Positions 27,869 to 36,861 of a DNA stretch of 64,000 nt are shown here, piece by piece. Made by a program: the position numbers and the translations under genes. This DNA is from a virus. Every line of letters starts with the position of its first letter. The first letter of the stretch is position 1. The stretch is taken from IMG/VR virus record IMGVR_UViG_3300020347_000003, positions 8,115 to 72,114 of that record, one strand, 5' to 3'. Under the pieces are notes generated by a model, which searched no databases, was not told where the DNA came from, and saw nothing but the letters and a program-made list of their open reading frames with translations.

Positions 27869-28453
27869 TTATTGAGATAGTTTATAGTTTGTTTGTGAAT
27901 GATGCTTCTCGTCTTGTTGTACTCTATAGACCATGTCATAGAGCTTTGCATCAGATTTTAGATCATAATAATCAATTGCCAGTTGTGGGGCTGGACTGTT
28001 ATCTATATCACCATGAGCAATCATTTGGAGATAACTTTCATAACTACGTACTGCCTCTTCCTCAAAATAATGTACCATTAGGTGTGCTGTTTTGGGGAAG
28101 AAAATATAAAATATTAAATAATAATGCCAGAATATACATTGTGCCAAGAGAATCAAAGTTCTCTCAACCACATTGGGCTGTGCAATCTCAATAAAGAACA
28201 TGAGATGCATTCTTTCATTTTCGGCTTCGGCTAGAAGTTCTCTAATCTGAGGACCATATCCGGTCTTCAGACTACGAAGGCTGCGAAGGTGAATCCACAT
28301 ACCAGCGACCATCCCTGGCACACCGGCAATTGTTTCAAGCACTACAGCCCTGTGTCCGTATCTTTTGGCAAAGAACGTATCTGCAAAGAACCGAAAGAAT
28401 TTTGTTTGACCATAGGCAAATGAATGGCTCAGCCTCTCTCTTACCCCTGGCAT
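27869..28453 (-). CDS. aox: Alternative oxidase (ubiquinol oxidase)
   Basis: RAVVLETIAGVPGMV, EAENERMHL, YFEEEAV and DEKHH di-iron motifs; start codon uncertain. Confidence 0.93.
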   Translation of the reverse strand: MPGVRERLSHSFAYGQTKFFRFFADTFFAKRYGHRAVVLETIAGVPGMVAGMWIHLRSLRSLKTGYGPQIRELLAEAENERMHLMFFIEIAQPNVVERTLILLAQCIFWHYYLIFYIFFPKTAHLMVHYFEEEAVRSYESYLQMIAHGDIDNSPAPQLAIDYYDLKSDAKLYDMVYRVQQDEKHHSQTNYKLSQ

Positions 28454-30225
28454 GCCACACACTCGTCTTGATTATCTTCTTTGCCATTTACAAAACTACC
28501 AGGAGTCACCAGGTTGTCTAGCTTCTCTCGCTCAACCTTTTGTGAGACGTTTTCAGCCTTGTTTGATGATTCTGTGCGAAGATAATATAACCCCTTGCAG
28601 CCCTGTTTCCAAGCTTGATAATGTACCTTATGGAGATAACCTTTGTCGGCTCCAGCAGGGAAGAATATATTCAAAGATTGCCCTTGGCATAAATGTTCTT
28701 GTCGATCACCAGCCAATCGAATGAGCCACAACTGATCAAGTTCAATTGCCGTTTTAAATACATCTTTTACATGATCAGACAAGAAGCGCAAATGTTGTAC
28801 TGATCCACCATTCGTAATAATTGATGACCAGATTTCATCGGTATTCTGACCCAGACGATCTAGTTCTGCCTCTAGGTATGGGTTCTTGTTTAGATGTGAT
28901 CCCACACGAGTACGAGACGTGAATGCATTGGCTTTCCAAGGCTCGATGCTGGGTGATGTATCTACAATCATTGAAGAATTTGCATTCGGAGCAATTGCCA
29001 ACATATGTGCATTACGTCGACCCGTGCCTTTCATGTCTGGAGCCTCTCCTTTTTCTGCACCCATCTGCAGTGTAGCTTTTACGGCTCTTGTTTTCATCAA
29101 CGAAAAGATCTCGTCATTCTTTTCTACTGCTTCCTGTGAAGCGAATGGGATCATGTTCTTTTGAAAGTATGAGTGCAGACCCATAGCCCCAAGACCTAGT
29201 GATCTCTCACGCTGTGCACTGAATCGAGCTCGGTGAATTTCATCACCAGCATGATCAATGAAAAACTGCAGTACATTGTCAAGATAGACTATAAGGTCTT
29301 CGATCATTTGCGAATTTTTCCAATCGTCGTATCTCTCCACATTGACCGAAGATAGACAACACACAGCAGTACGATCTTCACTGGTCACGAGGTGAATTTC
29401 ATTACATAGATTAGAACCACGAATCTTCAGGCCGAGATCTTGTTGTGATTGCGGTAGCGCTCTATTTGCAGTATCGATAAAGTTTAGGTAAGGTTCACCT
29501 GTTCGATATCGAGTTTCTAATAGATGTTCCCACAATTTACGAGCCTTGGTTGTATCTCTCACTGAATCATCATCGGGATCAATCAAATCCCAATCAGCTC
29601 CGGCTTCAACAGCTTCCATGAACTTATCAGTTATATTCACAGCGTGATGTAGGTTGAGATTCTTACGATTCACATCACCAGTTGGAATTCTCATGTTTGC
29701 AAATTCAATGATGTCTGGATGGTCACAGTCGATATAGGCTGCATAAGATCCCTTTCGAGTTCTACCTTGACGATACGCAACCATATCTGCATCAACCGTA
29801 TGTAGAAATGGCATCGGACCAGGAGCCTTCTTTGATACTGCTCGAATATCAGACCAATGACCACCGACACCACCACCCTTGACCGACAGCCACCGAAGCT
29901 CGGCACTATGGTCAATCAGACCCTCTAGTGAATCTGGTACGTAAGTAAGAAAACACGAAATGGGTAACGCCTTTACAGGCTCACCTTCGATAGGAGCGTT
30001 TGAGAGAACTGGTGAAGCAAACATAAACCAACCTTTCGAAACGTAATCATAAATGCGTTGTGCAAGTTCTAAATCACCATAGGAATAAGCCACTGCCGCG
30101 CGTGCAAATGCTTGTTGTGGAGTCTTCTCGTCTTCACGGCAGTAATAATCTTTCAATAACTTTGCTGACTGCTCCGATAGCAGTCTATTTCTTCTATTAT
30201 CAATTCGGATACCTAGGTGATCCAT
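28441..30225 (-). CDS. nrdA: Class I ribonucleotide reductase alpha subunit
   Basis: PISCF, QGRTRKGS, SNLCNEI, APNA, GLYY and C-terminal CVAC. Confidence 0.97.
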   Translation of the reverse strand: MDHLGIRIDNRRNRLLSEQSAKLLKDYYCREDEKTPQQAFARAAVAYSYGDLELAQRIYDYVSKGWFMFASPVLSNAPIEGEPVKALPISCFLTYVPDSLEGLIDHSAELRWLSVKGGGVGGHWSDIRAVSKKAPGPMPFLHTVDADMVAYRQGRTRKGSYAAYIDCDHPDIIEFANMRIPTGDVNRKNLNLHHAVNITDKFMEAVEAGADWDLIDPDDDSVRDTTKARKLWEHLLETRYRTGEPYLNFIDTANRALPQSQQDLGLKIRGSNLCNEIHLVTSEDRTAVCCLSSVNVERYDDWKNSQMIEDLIVYLDNVLQFFIDHAGDEIHRARFSAQRERSLGLGAMGLHSYFQKNMIPFASQEAVEKNDEIFSLMKTRAVKATLQMGAEKGEAPDMKGTGRRNAHMLAIAPNANSSMIVDTSPSIEPWKANAFTSRTRVGSHLNKNPYLEAELDRLGQNTDEIWSSIITNGGSVQHLRFLSDHVKDVFKTAIELDQLWLIRLAGDRQEHLCQGQSLNIFFPAGADKGYLHKVHYQAWKQGCKGLYYLRTESSNKAENVSQKVEREKLDNLVTPGSFVNGKEDNQDECVACQG

Positions 30226-30234
30226 GTCTGCTCC

Positions 30235-30903
30235 TTATTCTGTTACGTATTCTTTCGCTAGTGGAAAGATTCGATAAATTGCGATTGCACAAGCCCGTGC
30301 AAGTTCCATATGTTCCTTTTGAGTACCATTATCACTACGTAATTCAATGTAGTGAATCCAAGATCGTATGGTACCATTGACATAGAGTCGAGACACTGTA
30401 AGGCCTTCAGGCAGTACTGATCTGGCCTGTTCTTTTGCGATCCCATTTTCTATTGCCCATTTATAGGCTAGTTTGGCTTCATGAATAATACTCAATTGTT
30501 TCATCTGCCAATCTTTTTTGAGTTCTGGGTCAGTGGTCGCGACACTATTTTGTCGATTTTTCTCATCTTGTAATCTTGCTTCACGGACTACAAAGTCAAG
30601 ATCCTCGGTGGGATCTGCATAACGCTGACTAAATTCTTGGAAACTAAAACTACGGTGTCGTAATAATTGTCGGGCTATATCACGTGTAGTTTCAATTTCA
30701 AAACATGCAGACGCCATTTCAAATGGTGACCAATGTTTGTGTTTTGCGAGATACCTAAGAAGTTTATCACTTGTTTCAGTATTCATCTGGTTGGTTGGGT
30801 TTGAAACCCTTGCACAGAATGCTATAAGATCCTGAATATTTTCAAGACCTTCCTGTTTCGTGGCTAGTGTAGGCTGGGAATAGCTGATCAACCTTGCTTT
30901 CAT
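30235..30903 (-). CDS. thyX: Flavin-dependent thymidylate synthase
   Basis: HWSPFE, RHRSFSFQEFSQRY, TQKEH. Confidence 0.97.
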   Translation of the reverse strand: MKARLISYSQPTLATKQEGLENIQDLIAFCARVSNPTNQMNTETSDKLLRYLAKHKHWSPFEMASACFEIETTRDIARQLLRHRSFSFQEFSQRYADPTEDLDFVVREARLQDEKNRQNSVATTDPELKKDWQMKQLSIIHEAKLAYKWAIENGIAKEQARSVLPEGLTVSRLYVNGTIRSWIHYIELRSDNGTQKEHMELARACAIAIYRIFPLAKEYVTE

Positions 30904-30906
30904 TAT

Positions 30907-31929
30907 CTAAGTCCTTCTCCATTGTTGTAATTTTAATTTGGCCTCAAGCCCGCTGTAAATGTTATTTTTAATAACACCTTGAACGTCACTGAAACCTGCC
31001 AATATCATCTCGTTTATATCCTTACCTGGCACATTATGTGGCCATATACAAATTTTATATCCCTGTCCTATAAGTTTTTCCATTCGTTTATGGATTTCCT
31101 TATTACGAGGTTCAGCATCAAAAACAAAGACAGCATTTTCTTTCGCATTTTTAAGGGCTGATGTTCCACCATCCGCACCGGCCATTGCCACGGAATTGCG
31201 TAGGAAAAAACTATCAATAGCACCCTCAACCACATAGTACTGTCTAGTAAAATCAACTGTGTCAAGGCCAAAGATCTTAGGTCGGTCATCGAACATAATA
31301 GTAAGATAACGCACTCCCTTGGGATCAAAGCCTCGGGCAGATACACCAAAGACATTGTTGTCTTTGTCTAAAAATGGTATTACCAATCGTGGTTCGTCTT
31401 TACCTACGTTTTCGAACTTATTTGGGATGATTGAGTTGATCCATCCTTTGAATTTTTGTGCGTAGTAAAGCCGATAGTGCTGATTCGGAGGAATCTGCCT
31501 CTGGTTTATATATCCCTTGACGGCGTGATCCCACTGGAGTTGACTAACTTTTTTAATTGCTTTTAAAGGGTTATTTTTCTTATTGAACTTCGGAGCAGCA
31601 GTTTTGAATTTGCTGTCGTCAGTGGTTGTCGTGATAGAGTTATTTGCCTTTTTGATGAACTTCTCAGCGACATAATCATTATACATCATCTGGTCTTGAC
31701 CCTTCAGAAAGAAAGGAAACGACATGCTGGCACCACAGTTGTGGCAATAGTAGAGAAGTCCATTGTCTTTTTCTAGGAGCCAACCTCGAGATTTGGAGCG
31801 AGACTTCTGCGAGTCTCCACAGATAGGACATCTGAAATTGATCTTGTACGGGTTGGTCGAACGGATCTTGAAATTTTCCAATCTCGCCGAAAGAAGCTGG
31901 GCATATTGGATATCAACAAAATCTAGCAT
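30907..31929 (-). CDS. DNA primase (T4 gp61)
   Basis: RCPICGDS / CHNC zinc finger, VEGAIDS, DxEPRN, KDIN TOPRIM motifs. Confidence 0.95.
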   Translation of the reverse strand: MLDFVDIQYAQLLSARLENFKIRSTNPYKINFRCPICGDSQKSRSKSRGWLLEKDNGLLYYCHNCGASMSFPFFLKGQDQMMYNDYVAEKFIKKANNSITTTTDDSKFKTAAPKFNKKNNPLKAIKKVSQLQWDHAVKGYINQRQIPPNQHYRLYYAQKFKGWINSIIPNKFENVGKDEPRLVIPFLDKDNNVFGVSARGFDPKGVRYLTIMFDDRPKIFGLDTVDFTRQYYVVEGAIDSFFLRNSVAMAGADGGTSALKNAKENAVFVFDAEPRNKEIHKRMEKLIGQGYKICIWPHNVPGKDINEMILAGFSDVQGVIKNNIYSGLEAKLKLQQWRRT

Positions 31930-31963
31930 AATCTAAAGCCTATAAGGTTTAATTCATAGAGCC

Positions 31964-31992
31964 ATTATAATACAAACTCATATGATTGTCAA
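31964..31992 (-). promoter_or_regulatory. sigma70-type promoter for the primase-thyX-nrd block
   Basis: TTGACA-17 nt-TATAAT. Confidence 0.8.
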
Positions 31993-31997
31993 CCGAT

Positions 31998-32471
31998 TTA
32001 TACAATAAATCTCTCTAAGCCGATGAATGCAACAGCAGCACCCAGACCCATCATGTAATACTTCCAGTTCTCAAGTGCTCTTAGCCGGTCACCCTGATCA
32101 TCCATTGTGTCAGTGACTTCTTTGGCTACCTTATCAATCTTATCAAGTATTACTGAATCATGCTTTGAGCGATTCTTGGCATTGTGGTCTGCCAGTCGTT
32201 TGTGATCTTCACGAGAAGAGTCTCGGTACTCATCAAGTTTTTTGTGTACTGCTACCACACGAAATTCATCCTCTTTTCGATGACTTTCGATACGATCCTC
32301 AAGATCGTCTAATCTTTCGCCTGCTATTCTGAGGACTTCTTCTTGCACTGCTGTCATTTTAGAGACGTCAACCAGGGACTCCATGCTGCTCTCAACGCGT
32401 GAAAAGAATTTCTCAATCTGCTTAATGTCTTTTTTAATGAGTGCGATATCTGTGTTTATATCGTCTGCCAC
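31998..32471 (-). CDS. Coiled-coil protein with C-terminal TM (possibly lysis-related)
   Basis: GTG start with GAGG SD; RLRALENWKY followed by a TM. Confidence 0.65.
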   Translation of the reverse strand: MADDINTDIALIKKDIKQIEKFFSRVESSMESLVDVSKMTAVQEEVLRIAGERLDDLEDRIESHRKEDEFRVVAVHKKLDEYRDSSREDHKRLADHNAKNRSKHDSVILDKIDKVAKEVTDTMDDQGDRLRALENWKYYMMGLGAAVAFIGLERFIV

Positions 32472-32550
32472 ACTAATACCTCTTAAGTATGCCTTGCAGC
32501 TAAGTCTGCATTGCCAACTATTTATTAGGATAATGTTTTGAGATGATAGA

Positions 32551-32579
32551 ATTATAACACTTTAGCCGAGTAATGTCAA
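32551..32579 (-). promoter_or_regulatory. sigma70-type promoter
   Basis: TTGACA-17 nt-TATAAT. Confidence 0.75.
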
Positions 32580-33332
32580 CTATTTTTTAGGAGTGAGATA
32601 TATCATAAATTCTGGTGGGAGTTTGCCGTATCGATCTTGAATGTTATCGGCCAGTGCAAAGCCATCATTCCAAATGTCTTCTCTGATACTGGAGAATTGG
32701 AATTGAACACGACCCTCATCCCAATACTTTTTCAAAAACTCATCACGAAATCTTACAAATTCATTTGAGCCAGATCCACCAAAACTATCTGTGTGTCTTC
32801 TATGTATCTCTAAAGCGATAAAATTCACATTCTCGTAAATCCAGTCTAAATTTTCTTTGGTGAGGATATCATATTCCCCACCTTCGCAATCTATTTTTAA
32901 ATAATCGATGTGGTCAATATTATAGTAATCAATGAATTCTGCAAATGTGAGCTTTTGATATTCTCCAGCTTCTTGTTCATCATAGATGTAATTGATATGA
33001 TCAGCTTGATTCATGATTGCTGCGTGAACTGGTACGATGGGTGATTCCTTTGCGTTAATCACATAATCGCTCACATTCTTCATAGCTGTCTCTAGTAGAC
33101 CCCTATTAGGTTCTACCATGTAAACTTTACGGGCTCCACTATCAAGAGCCAACGCAGTAAACATACCAATACACGAGCCTATATCAACACACACATCGCC
33201 CGGTTTTATCTTGTGAAACCACTCGTACGTGTTATCCCAAAAGAATTCTTTGCGCATATTGGCGACATGGTCCATACAAAGAGAACCAGTATCCATATTT
33301 TTGTGAAGTGCATGGCGATTCACATAATCCAT
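32580..33332 (-). CDS. FkbM-family methyltransferase
   Basis: VDIGSCIG, VEPN, LKIDCEGGE. Confidence 0.88.
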   Translation of the reverse strand: MDYVNRHALHKNMDTGSLCMDHVANMRKEFFWDNTYEWFHKIKPGDVCVDIGSCIGMFTALALDSGARKVYMVEPNRGLLETAMKNVSDYVINAKESPIVPVHAAIMNQADHINYIYDEQEAGEYQKLTFAEFIDYYNIDHIDYLKIDCEGGEYDILTKENLDWIYENVNFIALEIHRRHTDSFGGSGSNEFVRFRDEFLKKYWDEGRVQFQFSSIREDIWNDGFALADNIQDRYGKLPPEFMIYLTPKK

Positions 33333-33350
33333 AATATAAAAACCAAGTTG

Positions 33351-33914
33351 TTACGGTGTGGGTGTTTCTTCTTGCTCTTCTTCGGCTTTGGGTTTCTTGA
33401 CTGTGACCTCTTTATAGTACACAATCACCTCACCAAGTTCACGAATGTATCGACGAAGCTCTTGAACGTTACCAGACATCAATTCATAATCTTTAATTGT
33501 AGATGCAATAAAGAGGACATCGCCTCCAGTAGCAACTTTAATATCTGACATGAATTTATCTAGGTAAGTATATCCGGCGGGCCAGTTTGGATTTTCTTTA
33601 TCTTCCTGAGCACAGACCTTAGGTCTACGCGTCTTAGGTGTGCCATCTTCGTTGAGTTCTGGCTCACCTGTCTCATCTAATCGAGGTACCTGTTTACAAA
33701 GATTAGGTACCACGGCTTCTGAGACTACATACCACTGTGGACTCTCCAAACTGAGTGGTCGTGGCATTGTTGGCTGAATGATTTCAATCTCTACGGGCTT
33801 TGATACGACCTGAATTACCTTCTCTGGTTCTGCACCAATTCCCCACTTACCAAGAACTGAACAACCACTAATCAGGCTTATAGTCATTAAGATCAGCAAT
33901 GTTCTTGCTATCAT
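33351..33914 (-). CDS. Lipoprotein, probable o-spanin
   Basis: Lipobox LISGC; Pro-rich; DYELMSGNVQELRRYI; overlaps the i-spanin gene. Confidence 0.7.
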   Translation of the reverse strand: MIARTLLILMTISLISGCSVLGKWGIGAEPEKVIQVVSKPVEIEIIQPTMPRPLSLESPQWYVVSEAVVPNLCKQVPRLDETGEPELNEDGTPKTRRPKVCAQEDKENPNWPAGYTYLDKFMSDIKVATGGDVLFIASTIKDYELMSGNVQELRRYIRELGEVIVYYKEVTVKKPKAEEEQEETPTP

Positions 33915-34269
33915 TCTCTATCTCCTCAAAAATCTTTTTTGTCGCTTTATTGGTTCGATTCGTTATCAGACCTGGCTTGGCAAGAGCAAGTTTATCCAGA
34001 TTGTGACGAGCAAAGATTGCCATATAACGATCTTTCTCTGCATTGATTTCAGAATTCTTTTGCGACAGGTTTGTAAGGGCTGCAGCTTGTGTCTCAAATG
34101 CTTCCTTCATGGCACCCATTGCAGCCTTCTGTTCTTCGACTGCGAATTCCATCTTTTCGACATTACCCTTTAGAACTAGATTGTTGGCCTCGAGGATTTG
34201 GTTTTGTTGATAGAACCAACCAGCTGCACCACCCAAAGCCATTATAATTACAAATAATATTTGATACAT
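33868..34269 (-). CDS. Probable i-spanin
   Basis: N-terminal TM plus long coiled-coil, LAKPGLI motif. Confidence 0.7.
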   Translation of the reverse strand: MYQILFVIIMALGGAAGWFYQQNQILEANNLVLKGNVEKMEFAVEEQKAAMGAMKEAFETQAAALTNLSQKNSEINAEKDRYMAIFARHNLDKLALAKPGLITNRTNKATKKIFEEIENDSKNIADLNDYKPD

Positions 34270-34577
34270 TACTCTTCCTCAATCCGATAATTTAAGCCAC
34301 CGTTTGCCTTGATGTTAACAGTTTTCTTCTCGGCTGTGACGAAGATGAGTTCTTTCCAAGTAGATTTGACCACCTTAGGCACATGTTCATAAACAACATC
34401 GTCTAGGTTACCAAACTTGGAGTCATACGAGACTGTGACCTTAAACGTAGGCTTTGCAGTCCACCATTTCCATAGCCAGGCTATCGCTTGAAACGGAGCG
34501 GTAGCGATTACTACCAACCCCGTCCAAAACTTCTTAAAGAAAATGTCAACCCAAGGGTATAACTTATTCATAATCAA
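34269..34577 (-). CDS. Hypothetical protein with N-terminal hydrophobic segment
   Basis: 102-aa ORF. Confidence 0.6.
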   Translation of the reverse strand: MIMNKLYPWVDIFFKKFWTGLVVIATAPFQAIAWLWKWWTAKPTFKVTVSYDSKFGNLDDVVYEHVPKVVKSTWKELIFVTAEKKTVNIKANGGLNYRIEEE

Positions 34578-34586
34578 AGACCAAAG

Positions 34587-34835
34587 TTACTTCTTCTTTT
34601 TGGACTCTTCTTTTTCTTCTTCGTCCTCATCAGACTCGTCTTCAGCTTCATCTTCTTCAGCTTCTTCCTCGTCCTTTTCTTCTTCTTCCTCGTCGTCCAT
34701 CTCAGCCTTTACTTTGGCGTTGACTTTCTCTTCAAGGGCAGCAGAGATGCGAGTACGGACTTCCTCTTCGAAAGCCTCTTTCATTTGGACTGGATTCTCA
34801 GCGAGAGCCTCAGCGATAATTTTTTCAACGGACAT
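34587..34835 (-). CDS. Acidic prohead-core-like protein (gp67-like)
   Basis: Helical N-terminus and poly-Glu/Asp tail; late promoter upstream. Confidence 0.55.
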   Translation of the reverse strand: MSVEKIIAEALAENPVQMKEAFEEEVRTRISAALEEKVNAKVKAEMDDEEEEEKDEEEAEEDEAEDESDEDEEEKEESKKKK

Positions 34836-34871
34836 GATTTTCTCCTTTAGATTTATATTAAACTAACTTAT

Positions 34872-34879
34872 TATTTATA
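34872..34879 (-). promoter_or_regulatory. T4-type late promoter TATAAATA
   Basis: Exact octamer overlapping the lysozyme stop codon. Confidence 0.65.
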
Positions 34880-35318
34880 CAGCTTCTAATCTTTCCATGA
34901 GTCTATTGGCACGAGGACCAACCTGACGAGCCCAAAGAGAGTCCAATCCTTCTGGAGCTGCACCGGCGTAATCGCCTTCAATAAGCTTTGCGTTAAAATT
35001 CTTAAATTTACTTAGACGTGGTCGTCCAAGATTGAATAACATGTTGACGAGAACCTCTTGTACTTCGCCTGGGAACCCTTCCCAGTCATCTCCGTATAGA
35101 GTAACACACTCATCAATTGCGATGTTAAGGTCACGTTCAAAGCATTCTCGAACTCTTTCTTCAGTAACAGGAGTTCCGACATCTTGTCCATGCTCTGGGT
35201 CGGACTCGAGTACCAAGTGGCCCACTCCGAAAGTAGGATATCCAAGGTGATCTTCGTAGATTTCATAAACGACACCCTCATCTACTTTTAGTTGTTCAAA
35301 TACTGATTCTCTATTCAT
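34875..35318 (-). CDS. Phage lysozyme (GH24, T4 gene e-like)
   Basis: DEG...YEDHLGYPTFGVGH catalytic E-D-T triad; NMLFNLG; WARQVGPRA. Confidence 0.92.
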   Translation of the reverse strand: MNRESVFEQLKVDEGVVYEIYEDHLGYPTFGVGHLVLESDPEHGQDVGTPVTEERVRECFERDLNIAIDECVTLYGDDWEGFPGEVQEVLVNMLFNLGRPRLSKFKNFNAKLIEGDYAGAAPEGLDSLWARQVGPRANRLMERLEAV

Positions 35319-35917
35319 TTTGTTTCCTTTGAGGTTTCTTTGAACGATTTTAACGTTCTCTTCTTGTGTCTCTTTTGTGCTGCCTTGGACATGTGATTAC
35401 CATCCATACCAGCAATATTACCACTACCCACGTTATTGGCAGGAGCCTCTTCATCTTTAGGTACACAATTGGGAACCATCTTGTTTCCCTTTTTCTTCAT
35501 ACCTACTTGCTTATGAGAGTCCCAGCAAGGATCTCCTTCCTCTTCTAACTCTATGTAGTTCAAATACCACTCTTCAAAACCTTCACATGCCAAATTTAAA
35601 TCTTCGTCGGTATGGCTCTCGTTCAAGACATTTTCGTTTGAGAATGTTTTATATTCTTTGATGAGCCACAATGCAGCTGCATAAGACCCAAGACGCGAGG
35701 AACCGCCTGGCAGTTTTGCCAAGAGCTTTTTAATATTCAGTATCATCTGGTCAAACACACCAAAGGCCTGTCGTTGAGCCTTTTTGGTGAATTGTTTACG
35801 CTTGATCAGAATATCACCTTTTTCGTCAATAATTCCCTGTTCGAAAGCAGGCCACTTATTGAATGGAGTGACCAGTTTACGAATGAATTGAAAGACTAAA
35901 AATAAGTCTACGACCAT
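35315..35917 (-). CDS. Putative head-associated protein
   Basis: GIIDEKG, AAALWLIKE, PCW...VPNCVP, PANNVGSG; C-terminal KSFKE. Confidence 0.7.
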   Translation of the reverse strand: MVVDLFLVFQFIRKLVTPFNKWPAFEQGIIDEKGDILIKRKQFTKKAQRQAFGVFDQMILNIKKLLAKLPGGSSRLGSYAAALWLIKEYKTFSNENVLNESHTDEDLNLACEGFEEWYLNYIELEEEGDPCWDSHKQVGMKKKGNKMVPNCVPKDEEAPANNVGSGNIAGMDGNHMSKAAQKRHKKRTLKSFKETSKETK

Positions 35918-35918
35918 G

Positions 35919-36293
35919 TTAGATCCCTATCAGCGTATCTACTATTTTTTGATCAGACGAGATACTATCAGCATTAATGTTAAGTTCTTCGTACATCACA
36001 ATCCTTGGCATATAATTAAGGTATACTACAAATGGTTTTAAATATTCATGAAACTCTTTTAGTTTCATAAACAGCATATTCGTAGCAGCCGGGCCAAACA
36101 CATTATACAATACAATTAAATGATTAAGAATCAACCTTTCTTTTAACTCATCCTCATGTCTGTAACGACCAAAGAGTTTTCTGAGGTATTGAAATCGTTT
36201 CAAATCCTCTTCGAACTCAGTCATCTCAGTACACTGAGGATTGTCGTAATGCTTCATAGCGTATAGCAGAAAGGTCGATTCTGTCAAATTCAT
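35919..36293 (-). CDS. Conserved T4-like phage protein
   Basis: YDNPQC...EFEEDLKRF...ERLILNHLIVLYNVFG. Confidence 0.8.
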   Translation of the reverse strand: MNLTESTFLLYAMKHYDNPQCTEMTEFEEDLKRFQYLRKLFGRYRHEDELKERLILNHLIVLYNVFGPAATNMLFMKLKEFHEYLKPFVVYLNYMPRIVMYEELNINADSISSDQKIVDTLIGI

Positions 36294-36311
36294 AATAAAG
36301 AAAAAAACTTT

Positions 36312-36620
36312 TTAGTCAGCAACGATAGCGTCGTCAGTCACACCTGTAACACCAAGGTCACCAGCATCACCAGCAGATACCTTAAATACACAAAGTGGCT
36401 CTGCCTTGTGACGGACATTACCATTTTGATCGGTATAAGTGTGATACAAGTTCCAACCGGGTGTATTGAGACCTTTTGCACGGTTACCCGCAACTTGTGC
36501 CTCAGTTACGTCGACTAATACTGCATTATCAATGTCATTGGACTTATTAGTATTGTTGGCATCATCTTCAAGCCACTTAGGTGCGCCTGCAAGATTATCC
36601 GTTTTTGCCCATGAAGCCAT
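36312..36620 (-). CDS. Putative virion structural protein
   Basis: GLNTPGW...YTDQNGNVRHKAE...DD motif seen in T4-like late regions. Confidence 0.65.
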   Translation of the reverse strand: MASWAKTDNLAGAPKWLEDDANNTNKSNDIDNAVLVDVTEAQVAGNRAKGLNTPGWNLYHTYTDQNGNVRHKAEPLCVFKVSAGDAGDLGVTGVTDDAIVAD

Positions 36621-36658
36621 TGTTATTCTCCTTTATGTACTTGGGTTTGGTTTACTAT

Positions 36659-36850
36659 CTATGATTCTTTTTTGGCCGGAGCCTTCTTCTTAGGAGCTGC
36701 TTTCTTCTTAGGGGCTGCCTTTTTCTTGGGTGCAGCCTTCTTCTTGGGAGCAGGCTTCTCTTGCACAGGAGGTGTCGGAGGAACAACAGGTTCCCTAGGA
36801 TCGTCTGTGCCAAAGCATCGTGCAAACAGTTCTTTCAAAAACGTAATCAT
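36659..36850 (-). CDS. Small histone-like protein with PKKKAA repeats
   Basis: Four tandem APKKKA units with synonymous codon variation. Confidence 0.7.
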   Translation of the reverse strand: MITFLKELFARCFGTDDPREPVVPPTPPVQEKPAPKKKAAPKKKAAPKKKAAPKKKAPAKKES

Positions 36851-36861
36851 AATGTAACTCC

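Noticed and set aside
26655-30903. Introns, inteins or homing endonucleases in nrdA/nrdB/thyX
   Set aside because: Reading frames are continuous and of normal length; the nrdA-nrdB insert is AOX, not an endonuclease
34587-34700. Low-complexity TCT/TCA-rich tract as a DNA repeat element
   Set aside because: It simply encodes the poly-Glu/Asp tail of the acidic core-like protein
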